Assembly: GCA_002049985.1 (NCBI GenBank)
Contig: MVCY01000057.1
Location: 1 to 19,272 of the forward strand
Reading direction: 5' to 3'
Source: Candidatus Latescibacteria bacterium 4484_181
GTDB lineage: Bacteria; Latescibacterota; MVCY01
DNA: 19,272 nt
In this document: positions 9,530-16,938 of the stretch, piece by piece
Numbering within the stretch: position 1 is the first letter of the stretch
How the letters are laid out: each line of letters starts with the position of its first letter
The notes under the pieces: generated by a model
The model's input: only the letters and a program-made list of their open reading frames with translations
What the model was told of the DNA's origin: nothing
Database searches by the model: none
Position numbers and translations under genes: made by a program

Positions 9530-10302
9530 TTCGAATCCGCTGTCTTCTCTGCTACTCTCAGTTTAGCACTTCTTGCCCGCCGGTTGGCCTTTTTCTCCTC
9601 TTCACTGGGTAAGATTGGCCTTTTGGCAATCAACTTCAGTATCTTTTTCCCCCCGCATACACAAGTCGGAAGTCGAGGAGGACAGATACAGCCTTTAGAG
9701 TACTGAATGAATAACGATTTAATTGTGCGATCCTCCAAGGAGTGATAAGAAATAATACAAAGCCTTCCTCCGGCCTTCAGAAGGTTGATGCACTGTTCAA
9801 CAGAAGGCCTCAGGATTTCGAGTTCCAGCTCCTCTTCCGGATAGGTATTAACCACCTGCCAGGCCGTCTTTTGGGCCTGGGGATTCATCCTCATATCCAG
9901 CGGACCGCGGAACCTGTAGCTGAAACCACGCCTGGGAGAGTCAAGCTGATGGGAAGAGACTCCCAAATCGAGTAGTATCCCGTCTACAGCTTCAATGCCT
10001 TGCTGTTGCAAGATTGCCGGTAAGTTTTGGAATCCCGACAGATGAAAGCTGACTTTTTCGCCGAAGAGAGAGAGTCTCCTCTTGGCTGCCTGGATTGCCT
10101 CCGGGTCCTGGTCTATGGCGATCAGCCTTCCCCTCTCGCCTAAGCCGGAGAGAACCTGGTAAGCGTGCCCGCCCCCTCCCACCGTGCCATCGACATATAT
10201 CCCGTCCGGATTGGTGAGAAGATATTCCACCGTCTGCCTCAGAAGCACCGGAAAGTGAAAATCCTGTTGGGCAGTCATAGTTTCACACTTGGAACTCCTC
10301 AC
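9526..10302 (-). CDS. rsmH: 16S rRNA (cytosine1402-N4)-methyltransferase RsmH/MraW, abnormally short; the likely true start is ATG 10278 (the track ORF begins at GTG 10302)
   Basis: The SAM-binding motifs (DGTVGGGGHA, ILLDLGVSSHQLD) and the C-terminal GGRLCIISYHSLEDR and RARSAKLRV are present. About 55-60 residues between ...NTYPEEEL and ELEILRP..., which in other RsmH proteins include the HPATRTFQA(L/I)RI block, are missing in-frame. ATG 10278 lies 4 nt after the mraZ stop. Confidence 0.8.
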   Translation of the reverse strand: MRSSKCETMTAQQDFHFPVLLRQTVEYLLTNPDGIYVDGTVGGGGHAYQVLSGLGERGRLIAIDQDPEAIQAAKRRLSLFGEKVSFHLSGFQNLPAILQQQGIEAVDGILLDLGVSSHQLDSPRRGFSYRFRGPLDMRMNPQAQKTAWQVVNTYPEEELELEILRPSVEQCINLLKAGGRLCIISYHSLEDRTIKSLFIQYSKGCICPPRLPTCVCGGKKILKLIAKRPILPSEEEKKANRRARSAKLRVAEKTADSK

Positions 10303-10714
10303 TAATCTTCTCTAAAGCACCCTGGTTCTGCTGTTTATATTGCTCAAACCGCTCTGGATTCCAGAGTTCTATTCGGTCCAGAGCACCGGCTACGGTAACT
10401 TTACTGTCGATCTCCGCCCATTGCAATAGGTTCCTGGGTATAAGTATCCGCCCCTGCTCGTCCATCTTTGTTTCCCAGGCCTGGGAGGCCACTATCCTCA
10501 CATAGTGCCGCGCCCGAGTGGGAAGTTGGCGCAGTTTCTCTTCAAATTTTGTCCAGATATCTAATGTGTAAATTGCTAAGCACCTATCTAGACCACGGGT
10601 TACCACGAACGTCTTCTTAGCCTCAGGCGGAAGAATATCCCTGAAACTGGCTGGGATGTTCATCCTGCCCTTGGTGTCTATAGTGTACTCATACTCTCCT
10701 TTGAAGCTGGGCAT
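10283..10714 (-). CDS. mraZ: Transcriptional regulator MraZ (143 aa)
   Basis: Two MraZ/SpoVT-AbrB-type repeats (EYEYTIDTKGRMNIP... and ...MDEQGRILIPRNLL). ATG at 10714 is preceded by GGGGAAAG. The longer track ORF to 10822 would run through the gene's own operator and -10 element. Confidence 0.85.
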   Translation of the reverse strand: MPSFKGEYEYTIDTKGRMNIPASFRDILPPEAKKTFVVTRGLDRCLAIYTLDIWTKFEEKLRQLPTRARHYVRIVASQAWETKMDEQGRILIPRNLLQWAEIDSKVTVAGALDRIELWNPERFEQYKQQNQGALEKISEEFQV

Positions 10715-10771
10715 AAATCTTTCCCCGTTAATGAATAGATAATAGATGCTTACCATGGGGCTCCATTTGAG

Positions 10772-10796
10772 CCCACATTCACCCACATTTACCCAC
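10772..10796 (-). promoter_or_regulatory. MraZ operator: three direct GTGGG repeats on the minus strand (CCCAC on plus at 10772, 10782, 10792) with 10-nt periodicity
   Basis: Read directly. On the minus strand the sequence is GTGGGTAAATGTGGGTGAATGTGGGC. This matches the known MraZ binding-site architecture (TGGG/GTGGG repeats separated by 5-nt spacers), just downstream of the -10 of the mraZ promoter. Confidence 0.6.
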
Positions 10797-10801
10797 TTAC
10801 C

Positions 10802-10850
10802 ATAATAACTACCTCTTGACAAAAAGTCAAGAAAAAAATCGATATTTTTC
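10802..10850 (-). promoter_or_regulatory. Sigma-70-type promoter of the mra/dcw operon with an upstream A/T-rich UP-like element
   Basis: On the minus strand, -35 TTGACT (10830..10825), a 17-nt spacer, then -10 TATTAT (10807..10802). An A/T tract (10831..10850, near-palindromic around ATCGAT) sits immediately upstream of the -35. Confidence 0.55.
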
Positions 10851-10880
10851 GCCCGTTCGCAATTTTGTTAACAACGGGCG
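10850..10880. other. Perfect 8-bp stem (cgcccgtt/aacgggcg) with a 15-nt loop containing GTTAAC; a palindromic hairpin or protein-binding site between the divergent promoters
   Basis: Read directly. No clean U-run follows on either strand, so this is not a canonical intrinsic terminator. Confidence 0.4.
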
Positions 10881-11073
10881 GATTTCCTTCTCGGAGTGCC
10901 TTCAGTTTTGCCAAAAAGTGCTGAGATGCATTCTCTGAAGACTCTGGAGATTAAACATCCGTCTCCCGAGCTAAGCCTCGAGGACCTCTCCTATTAGAGG
11001 GTAATGGGGAGAACAACCCGAAGAACAAGTATCCAGAGAAAGCTGTTTTGGACAGAATGGGAAATATTTTTGC

Positions 11074-11102
11074 TTGACATTTCAAGAGAAGGATGTTATA
11101 CT
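11074..11102 (+). promoter_or_regulatory. Sigma-70-type promoter for the stomatin-like gene
   Basis: TTGACA (11074..11079), a 17-nt spacer, then TATACT (11097..11102). This implies a ~135-nt 5' leader before ATG 11247. Confidence 0.5.
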
Positions 11103-11246
11103 ATTTGTCAACAATCACTGAACTTCAGCTTATTTTCTGGCGAACTGACAGTAGCAGGGCAGAGAAGGCGAAACGACATAGATCAACACGGGGATCCAAA
11201 AGAAAATCCCTGGGCATCGAAGTGCATCAAAAGGGAGGTAATTGAG

Positions 11247-12020
11247 ATGGCAATTATGTGGATGTTTCTTCTATTTATCGGTATTATGCTCCTGAGCAGT
11301 GCCATCAGGGTCTTACGGGAATACGAGCGTGGGGTGGTCTTCAGACTGGGCCGATTGGTGGGGGCCAAAGGGCCGGGTTTGATTCTTCTTATTCCCATGA
11401 TCGACCGCATGACGAAAGTGAGCCTGAGGACAGTCACTATGGATATTCCCCCTCAGGATGTGATCACCAAGGACAATGTCTCCATTAAGGTTAATGCCGT
11501 GCTGTATTTCCGAGTAATAGAGGCAGAGAAAGCCGTGGTTGAGGTGGAAGATTATCTCTATGCCACCTCCCAGCTAGCACAGACAACCCTGCGCAGCGTG
11601 TTAGGAGAGGTAGAGCTGGACGAGTTACTCTCTGAAAGAGAGAAAATCAATGTGCGTCTGCAGGGTATCATAGACCAGCAGACAGACCCCTGGGGAATTA
11701 AAGTTTCCATCGTAGAGGTGAAACATGTGGATTTGCCTCAGGATATGCAGCGGGCAATAGCCAGACAGGCCGAGGCAGAACGGGAGCGCAGAGCGAAGAT
11801 CATCCACGCCGAGGGGGAACTGCAGGCGGCCTCAAAGCTCCTTGAAGCCTCTCAGTGTATGGCTAGGGAGCCCATAAGCTTGCAATTGAGATTTTTGCAA
11901 ACCCTAACCGAGGTGGCCTCAGAGAACAATTCCACCACCATCTTCCCTGTCCCCATAGACCTACTCACTCCCTTTATGAAACAAGGGGAAGGGAGGAGAA
12001 GACCTTCAGAGGAGAAATAA
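11247..12020 (+). CDS. Stomatin/prohibitin-family (SPFH, band 7) membrane protein, 257 aa
   Basis: N-terminal TM helix followed by an SPFH core ([12 protein letters not shown]..., TKDNV...V...YFRV, ...[26 protein letters not shown], and the coiled coil [13 protein letters not shown]). Collinear with archaeal and bacterial stomatins. RBS AAGGGAGG lies 7 nt before ATG 11247; the track ORF from 11004 carries an unsupported N-terminal extension. Confidence 0.85.
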   Translation: MAIMWMFLLFIGIMLLSSAIRVLREYERGVVFRLGRLVGAKGPGLILLIPMIDRMTKVSLRTVTMDIPPQDVITKDNVSIKVNAVLYFRVIEAEKAVVEVEDYLYATSQLAQTTLRSVLGEVELDELLSEREKINVRLQGIIDQQTDPWGIKVSIVEVKHVDLPQDMQRAIARQAEAERERRAKIIHAEGELQAASKLLEASQCMAREPISLQLRFLQTLTEVASENNSTTIFPVPIDLLTPFMKQGEGRRRPSEEK

Positions 12021-12046
12021 CGAAATCCTAGGCAATAGGACAAAAA

Positions 12047-12077
12047 GCACCTCGTTGAAGAGGTGCCTTTTTGTTTT
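12047..12077 (+). terminator. Rho-independent terminator after the stomatin gene
   Basis: GCACCTC / GAGGTGC 7-bp stem with a 6-nt loop (GTTGAA), followed by CTTTTTGTTTT. An A-run on the 5' side could allow bidirectional function. Confidence 0.75.
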
Positions 12078-12103
12078 CGGTACCCTCTTGAAAGGGATTA
12101 AGA

Positions 12104-13306
12104 ATGCGCAGACCCTCGGTATTAGAATGGATTCTCATCGGTTTTCTTCTCGGAATTGTGGCTGGGGCTACAGTGGGGCCTTCCATTGCTATAATTAAGC
12201 CCTTGGGCACAGTCTTCATAAGACTATTGAAGATGCTGGTGGTGCCTTTGATATTCAGCACCCTAACCGTTGGGGTCTCTACCTCCAGCGGCGGCAAGCT
12301 GGGCAGAATGATAGGAAAGACCTTTCTCTTCTATTATGTCACTGGCATCTGTGCCCTCTTAATCGGATTGATCATAGCAGGGGTAAGCCGTGTGGGCACC
12401 GGGATGCAGTTGGGAGGAGTAAGAGAGGTGGCCCTCCAGAAGGCTCCGCCTTTGAGCCAGGTACTTCTGAATATCATCCCCACCAATCCAATAAAAGCCC
12501 TGGCTGAGGGGAATATCCTGCAGATAATCTTCTTCGCCATTCTGTTCGGGATAGCTATAAGCAAAGCAGGGAAAGCGGCCGAACCGGTTAAGGACTTTTT
12601 GCAGGCAGTGGCCCAGACTATGTACAGGTTAGTGAATCTTGTGCTTTACTACGCCCCCATCGGGGTGTTTTCTTTAATAGCCTGGACAGTGGGGACCCAC
12701 GGTCTGGGCGTTCTGAAACCTTTTGCCTACTTGATATTTCTGTTCTACTTGGGCTGCGCTATTCAACTTTTCTTGGTCTACGGAGGTTTACTCAGACTCT
12801 TGAAGATAAGACCCTTCAGGTTCTTTGGCCGAATCAAGGAGGCTCCCTTTTTCGCCTTTAGCACCTGCAGCAGTTCAGCCACCCTTCCGGTCACCATGCG
12901 GGTAGTACAGGGCACCGGGGTTTCGGCCACTACTGCCAGTTTTGTCCTGCCTATGGGGGCTTCCATTAATATGGACGGCACCGCCATCTATCAGGCTATG
13001 TGTGTGGTCTTTCTGGCCAACGCCTTTGGAATGCACCTAACGGTTGCACAGATGGCCATAGTCGGGGTTACTGCCCTGTTGGCCTCTATAGGAACCGCCG
13101 GCGTGCCGGGCTCAGGACTGATAATGCTTACGATGGTACTGGGCTCAGTGGGTGTGCCTGTGGAGGGTATAGCCTTCGTTGCCGGCATTGACCGGATAAT
13201 GGATATGGCCCGAACTGCAGTGAATGTGGTGGACGATAGCGTCGCCGCTGCCATGGTAGCAGTTACCGAGGGAGAAACTTTGTCAGAAGATATGATGATC
13301 AGCTAG
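12104..13306 (+). CDS. Sodium/proton:dicarboxylate (glutamate/aspartate/C4-dicarboxylate) symporter, GltP/DctA/GltPh family, 400 aa
   Basis: Collinear with the GltPh fold: LKMLVVPLIF, hairpin HP1 region TCSSSATLPVTMRV, the NMDGTA motif (GASINMDGTAIYQ), and HP2 SIGTAGVPGSG. The preceding AAGGGA looks like an RBS. Confidence 0.85.
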   Translation: MRRPSVLEWILIGFLLGIVAGATVGPSIAIIKPLGTVFIRLLKMLVVPLIFSTLTVGVSTSSGGKLGRMIGKTFLFYYVTGICALLIGLIIAGVSRVGTGMQLGGVREVALQKAPPLSQVLLNIIPTNPIKALAEGNILQIIFFAILFGIAISKAGKAAEPVKDFLQAVAQTMYRLVNLVLYYAPIGVFSLIAWTVGTHGLGVLKPFAYLIFLFYLGCAIQLFLVYGGLLRLLKIRPFRFFGRIKEAPFFAFSTCSSSATLPVTMRVVQGTGVSATTASFVLPMGASINMDGTAIYQAMCVVFLANAFGMHLTVAQMAIVGVTALLASIGTAGVPGSGLIMLTMVLGSVGVPVEGIAFVAGIDRIMDMARTAVNVVDDSVAAAMVAVTEGETLSEDMMIS

Positions 13307-14176
13307 GGATTGAATGCCAAGAAAAGAGAAAGCAGTTAATCCTCAAGCAATTTGTCTATCTTGCTCTTTATTCACGGATCCACTTTGAAAGTAGTCTTTT
13401 GATTGTCTGAGACCACTGTTCTTTTCAAAAATAGGTATAGAAAACTCCTTCTTTAAGGTCTCACTCAGCCGAGAGAATAGCTGATGTAAGGTTTTGGAAT
13501 GAATAGCCCTCCTACTGAGCCGGTTGTAGAAGATCTAGATTCTCTCCAGAAGACGAGAAGAATACGCAGATGGCGCAGGCTATTCTCAAAACGACCAGAG
13601 AGCTGTATATCTTGTTTCGTTCGCCTTTTTATCGCCACTTGCGGTCAGATCAAATTTTCGCGAGAGCGTGATCTTCGGTTTTCGTTGCTGAGCTACGGCT
13701 GGCTTTATCCTCGGAATCGGCCGCACTGCCCACTTGCCACGGCGGGGTTTAATCGCTTGAAATCAACGCTAAGGAAACTGAATGTTTGCTCCTATGTGAG
13801 TCTTAGCATGTGGTCTTTTCCCGGTTCAGCCTAATATCAACCTCATTCAACTCACCAAGAGTGTCTGTCTGCCGTTTTTGCCGGCCAAGCAATTTTCGAA
13901 AATCCCTACACGGATTGCCAGTCAGGCAGCCCGGGAGAACCTCACTCTCAGGCGATCACACATTGGGACATAAACCTCGCGGCTCATGCCACCTATCGCC
14001 CGACCGCTGGTAGTATTCCCACCGCGAATGGAGAATAGTTCCAGCTGGCACACCAGAAATGAAAAGGGAAATATACTAACTTGCTGACTATTCGAGAAAC
14101 ACATTCTGTTGTGGTCTCAGTATCTTTGCAGCAAGAAGCGGCTTTGTGTCCTTCTGGGGGCGGATTAAAGTTTCCC

Positions 14177-14205
14177 TTGACAAAACTTGATGTTTGTTGT
14201 ATAAT
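14177..14205 (+). promoter_or_regulatory. Perfect-consensus sigma-70 promoter upstream of map
   Basis: TTGACA (14177..14182), an exact 17-nt spacer, then TATAAT (14200..14205). GGAG sits 10 nt before the GTG start at 14241. Confidence 0.55.
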
Positions 14206-14240
14206 GACTTTTCCTAGCTTTACCGCGGAGCCCAATCAAT

Positions 14241-14999
14241 GTGTTTATTTTGAAGTTCTTAGGTGTGACACCGCAATATGATTTCCTTGCAACCTTGAGA
14301 AATCTGATACAGCCGGGGATAACTACCAAAGAGCTGGACCAAATAGCAGAGGACCTGATATTGAAGAAAGGCGCTGTCCCTGCCTTTAAGGGATACATGG
14401 GTTATCCGGCAGCTCTTTGCACCTCGGTCAACGAAGAGGTGATTCACGGAGTCCCAGGGCCTCGCCAGCTCAAACCGGGGGACATAGTGAGCTTGGACTT
14501 AGGGGTGAAGCTTGGTGGTTACTATGGTGATGCCACCATCACAGTGCCGGTGGGAGAGGTGAGCAAAGAGGCCGAAAGGCTGCTTCGGGTAACAGAAATG
14601 GCCCTGTATGAAGGGATAAAAATGGCCCGGGTCGGCAATCGACTTTACGACATATCCTATGCCATTCAATCCCTCGTAGAGTCCAATGGCTTCTCTGTAG
14701 TGAGAGATTTTGTGGGACACGGAATCGGTAAGAATTTGCACGAAGAACCCCAGATACCTAATTTCGGACGTCCAGGTCACGGCCCGCGACTCAAAGAGGG
14801 AATGGTGCTGGCGTTGGAACCTATGGTCAATGAGGGGGGATGGCAAGTGAGAATTCTGCCAGATGGATGGACAGTCGTTACTGCTGACGGTAAGCTGTCT
14901 GCACATTTTGAACATACCATAGCTGTCACTGACACTGACCCAGAGATATTGAGTCTCCCATCCTCATCAGGGGAAGGCCAGAAAATTCTGAGGAGCTGA
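14241..14999 (+). CDS. map: Methionine aminopeptidase type I (252 aa) with an atypical or shortened N-terminus
   Basis: The full pita-bread core is present ([35 protein letters not shown] metal ligands, [28 protein letters not shown]). The N-terminal region ([29 protein letters not shown]) lacks the usual ~12-residue EKMRxAGR(L/I)xAE segment between TPE and the KPG turn. GTG start at 14241; an in-frame alternative GTG lies at 14265. Confidence 0.85.
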   Translation: MFILKFLGVTPQYDFLATLRNLIQPGITTKELDQIAEDLILKKGAVPAFKGYMGYPAALCTSVNEEVIHGVPGPRQLKPGDIVSLDLGVKLGGYYGDATITVPVGEVSKEAERLLRVTEMALYEGIKMARVGNRLYDISYAIQSLVESNGFSVVRDFVGHGIGKNLHEEPQIPNFGRPGHGPRLKEGMVLALEPMVNEGGWQVRILPDGWTVVTADGKLSAHFEHTIAVTDTDPEILSLPSSSGEGQKILRS

Positions 15000-15032
15000 A
15001 AGTGGAAAAAGACAGACTTAAGCAGCAGGTAG

Positions 15033-15932
15033 CAACATAACATAATAGCCACTGCCTCGGTAGGGGCAGCAATCGGTTTGACCGAGGTGATAAGTCACCT
15101 TAAGGGCACTATTCAGGTTATAGGCACCCCCGCTGAAGAGAGCGGTTGCGGGAAGAAGATCCTGGTAGAGAAAGGGATATTCAGCGGGGTGGACGCTGCA
15201 ATGATGGTTCACCCTTCCAATCGCACCTTGGTGGCACGGGGTTCCCTGGCTTCCCAACTGGTGGAGGTGAAATTTTACGGCAAGGCTGCTCACGCTGCTG
15301 CTTATCCAGAGAATGGCATCAATGCCTTAGACGGAGTCATCGAGACCTTTAATAACATCAACGCCCTTCGACAGCACCTGCCGAGTGATGTCCGCATCCA
15401 CGGTATTATCACGCACGGGGGAACAAGAACCAATATTGTGCCCGACTTCGCTGCCGCCCGCTTCCAGGTGAGGACCGCTGACGACGAATACCTTGATCAA
15501 TTGTTACAGAAAGTGGAAAACTGTGCTCGAGCGGCAGCTCTGGCCACAGGAGCCACCGTAGAATTCGTACTGAGTAACAGTCTTTACCAGGCTATGAGAC
15601 CCAACCGTGCCCTGGCCGAACTATTCGCCGCCAATCTTCGCCACCTTGGTGAGAAATTAGACGAACCACCACAGACCGGAACGATGGGGTCCACCGATAT
15701 GGGGAATGTGAGCCAGGCAGTACCAGCTATTCACCCATATATTGCTATCTGTCCCAAAGAGGTAGTGGCACATTCACCACAATTCGCTGAGGCTGCCATT
15801 TCTGACAGGGCGGATAGAGCGTTGATAACCGCTGCTAAGGCTTTGGCGATGACTGCTGTAGACCTGTTGAGCAATGCCGCTGTGATGAGTAGAGTGCAGC
15901 AGGAATTCAAATCGCACCATCAGAAATATTGA
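15033..15932 (+). pseudogene. M20-family amidohydrolase/peptidase (M20D-like) lacking its N-terminal ~100 residues
   Basis: The open frame begins right after the TAG at 15030..15032 and reads ...IATASVGAAIGL...LKGTIQVIGTPAEESGCG (the M20 GTPAEE motif), then the dimerisation and C-terminal domains to the stop at 15932. The N-terminal metal-binding region is absent. No ATG or GTG lies between 15033 and the TTG at 15078. Confidence 0.7.
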
Positions 15933-16023
15933 CGAGATATTAGTGGGCTCAACTCCCCATTTGCCAGTCACAAGTCAACAAGAGTCAAAACTAGTCGGCT
16001 TAGCGCCGGAGACTCGGTCAGCA

Positions 16024-16938
16024 GTGAAAATAGTAACCTTAGGAACAGGGGGGGCCATCCCTACCCCGGCCCGAAGTCTACCTGCAACCGCCTTGCAGAG
16101 AGAGGCAGAGATATTCCTCTTTGACTGCGGAGAAGGCACTCAGCTGCAGTTCCTAAAAGCAGATTTGAGTCCAGGAAAATTAAGGGCCGTCTTCATATCC
16201 CATCTGCACGGAGACCACATTCTGGGACTTCCAGGGCTGCTTATGACCCTGGCCCATCTGTCGCGAAAGGCTCCTCTCTCGTTGTTTGGACCGCCCGGGG
16301 TATCAGACTACATCCGCTTGACCTGTAGATGTCTTCAATTCAGTCCTGGATATGAGCTCATAGTCAAAGAATCAAGCGGAGGGCGGGTTTACAGTGGTCC
16401 TGACTACTGGATCGATGCAGTGCCTCTTGATCACACCGTGTTCACATTAGCCTATGTCTTTGAGGAAAAGGAGCGTCCCGGGAGGTTTCTCCTGGAACGG
16501 GCCCGACAGCTTGGTGTGCCTGAGGGGCCTTTGTACGGCAGGCTTCAGACCGGGACGGATGTCACCCTCAGCAACGGCAGAGTAATCCGGGCAACAGAGG
16601 TACTGGGAAAACCCAGAAGGGGAAGGAAGGTCGTCTACGCAGTTGATACCCGTCCCTGCCAACAGGTGAAAGAAATCTCCACCGGTGCAGATCTGCTGAT
16701 CCACGACGGGATGTTCTCAGACCAACTACGGGAGGAAGCCCGTCTGAAAGGACACTCCACCGCTGTTGAGGCGGCAGAGGTGGCCCAGAATGCCAAAGTT
16801 GAAAGACTTCTGCTCACTCACATAAGTCCCCGTTACCGCAATCAGGACGCACTTCTGCAGAAGGAGGCAATGACCATCTTCCCCCACACCACCGTCGCCA
16901 AAGACCTGATGCAGTTCAAAATCCAAGTGCACAAATAG
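16024..16938 (+). CDS. rnz: Ribonuclease Z / metallo-beta-lactamase-fold tRNA 3'-processing endonuclease (about 304 aa from GTG 16024; the track ORF starts at 15943)
   Basis: VKIVTLGTGGAIPT N-terminus, the HxHxDH motif (ISHLHGDHILGLPGLL), and C-terminal His/Asp motifs (LIHDGMF, LLLTHISPRY). GGAG lies about 12 nt before GTG 16024. Confidence 0.8.
   Translation: MKIVTLGTGGAIPTPARSLPATALQREAEIFLFDCGEGTQLQFLKADLSPGKLRAVFISHLHGDHILGLPGLLMTLAHLSRKAPLSLFGPPGVSDYIRLTCRCLQFSPGYELIVKESSGGRVYSGPDYWIDAVPLDHTVFTLAYVFEEKERPGRFLLERARQLGVPEGPLYGRLQTGTDVTLSNGRVIRATEVLGKPRRGRKVVYAVDTRPCQQVKEISTGADLLIHDGMFSDQLREEARLKGHSTAVEAAEVAQNAKVERLLLTHISPRYRNQDALLQKEAMTIFPHTTVAKDLMQFKIQVHK

Noticed and set aside
10715-10822. 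N-terminal extension of the mraZ track ORF (MSRGSYYGKW...)
   Set aside because: It would run through the -10 element and the three MraZ operator repeats. MraZ homologs begin at the M(P/F)xGEYEY position, which matches ATG 10714 with its own RBS.
11004-11246. 81-codon upstream extension of the stomatin track ORF
   Set aside because: It spans the gene's own promoter (11074..11102). The strong RBS AAGGGAGG and the conserved stomatin N-terminal TM helix begin at ATG 11247.
13408-13463. 7-bp inverted repeat tgagacc ... ggtctca with a 42-nt spacer
   Set aside because: Too short and too far apart to be meaningful alone. It is mentioned only within the non-coding gap finding.
13499-13834. 111-aa ORF in the long non-coding gap
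   Set aside because: Arg/Ser/Cys/Leu-rich sequence with no motif or secondary-structure plausibility. An SD-like taagg is present, but the composition looks like random non-coding sequence. It is kept only as part of the gap finding.
15943-16023. 27-codon extension upstream of the RNase Z start
   Set aside because: RNase Z homologs start at the (K/V)xxTxLGTG motif. GTG 16024 has a GGAG 12 nt upstream, and the extension has no counterpart in the family.
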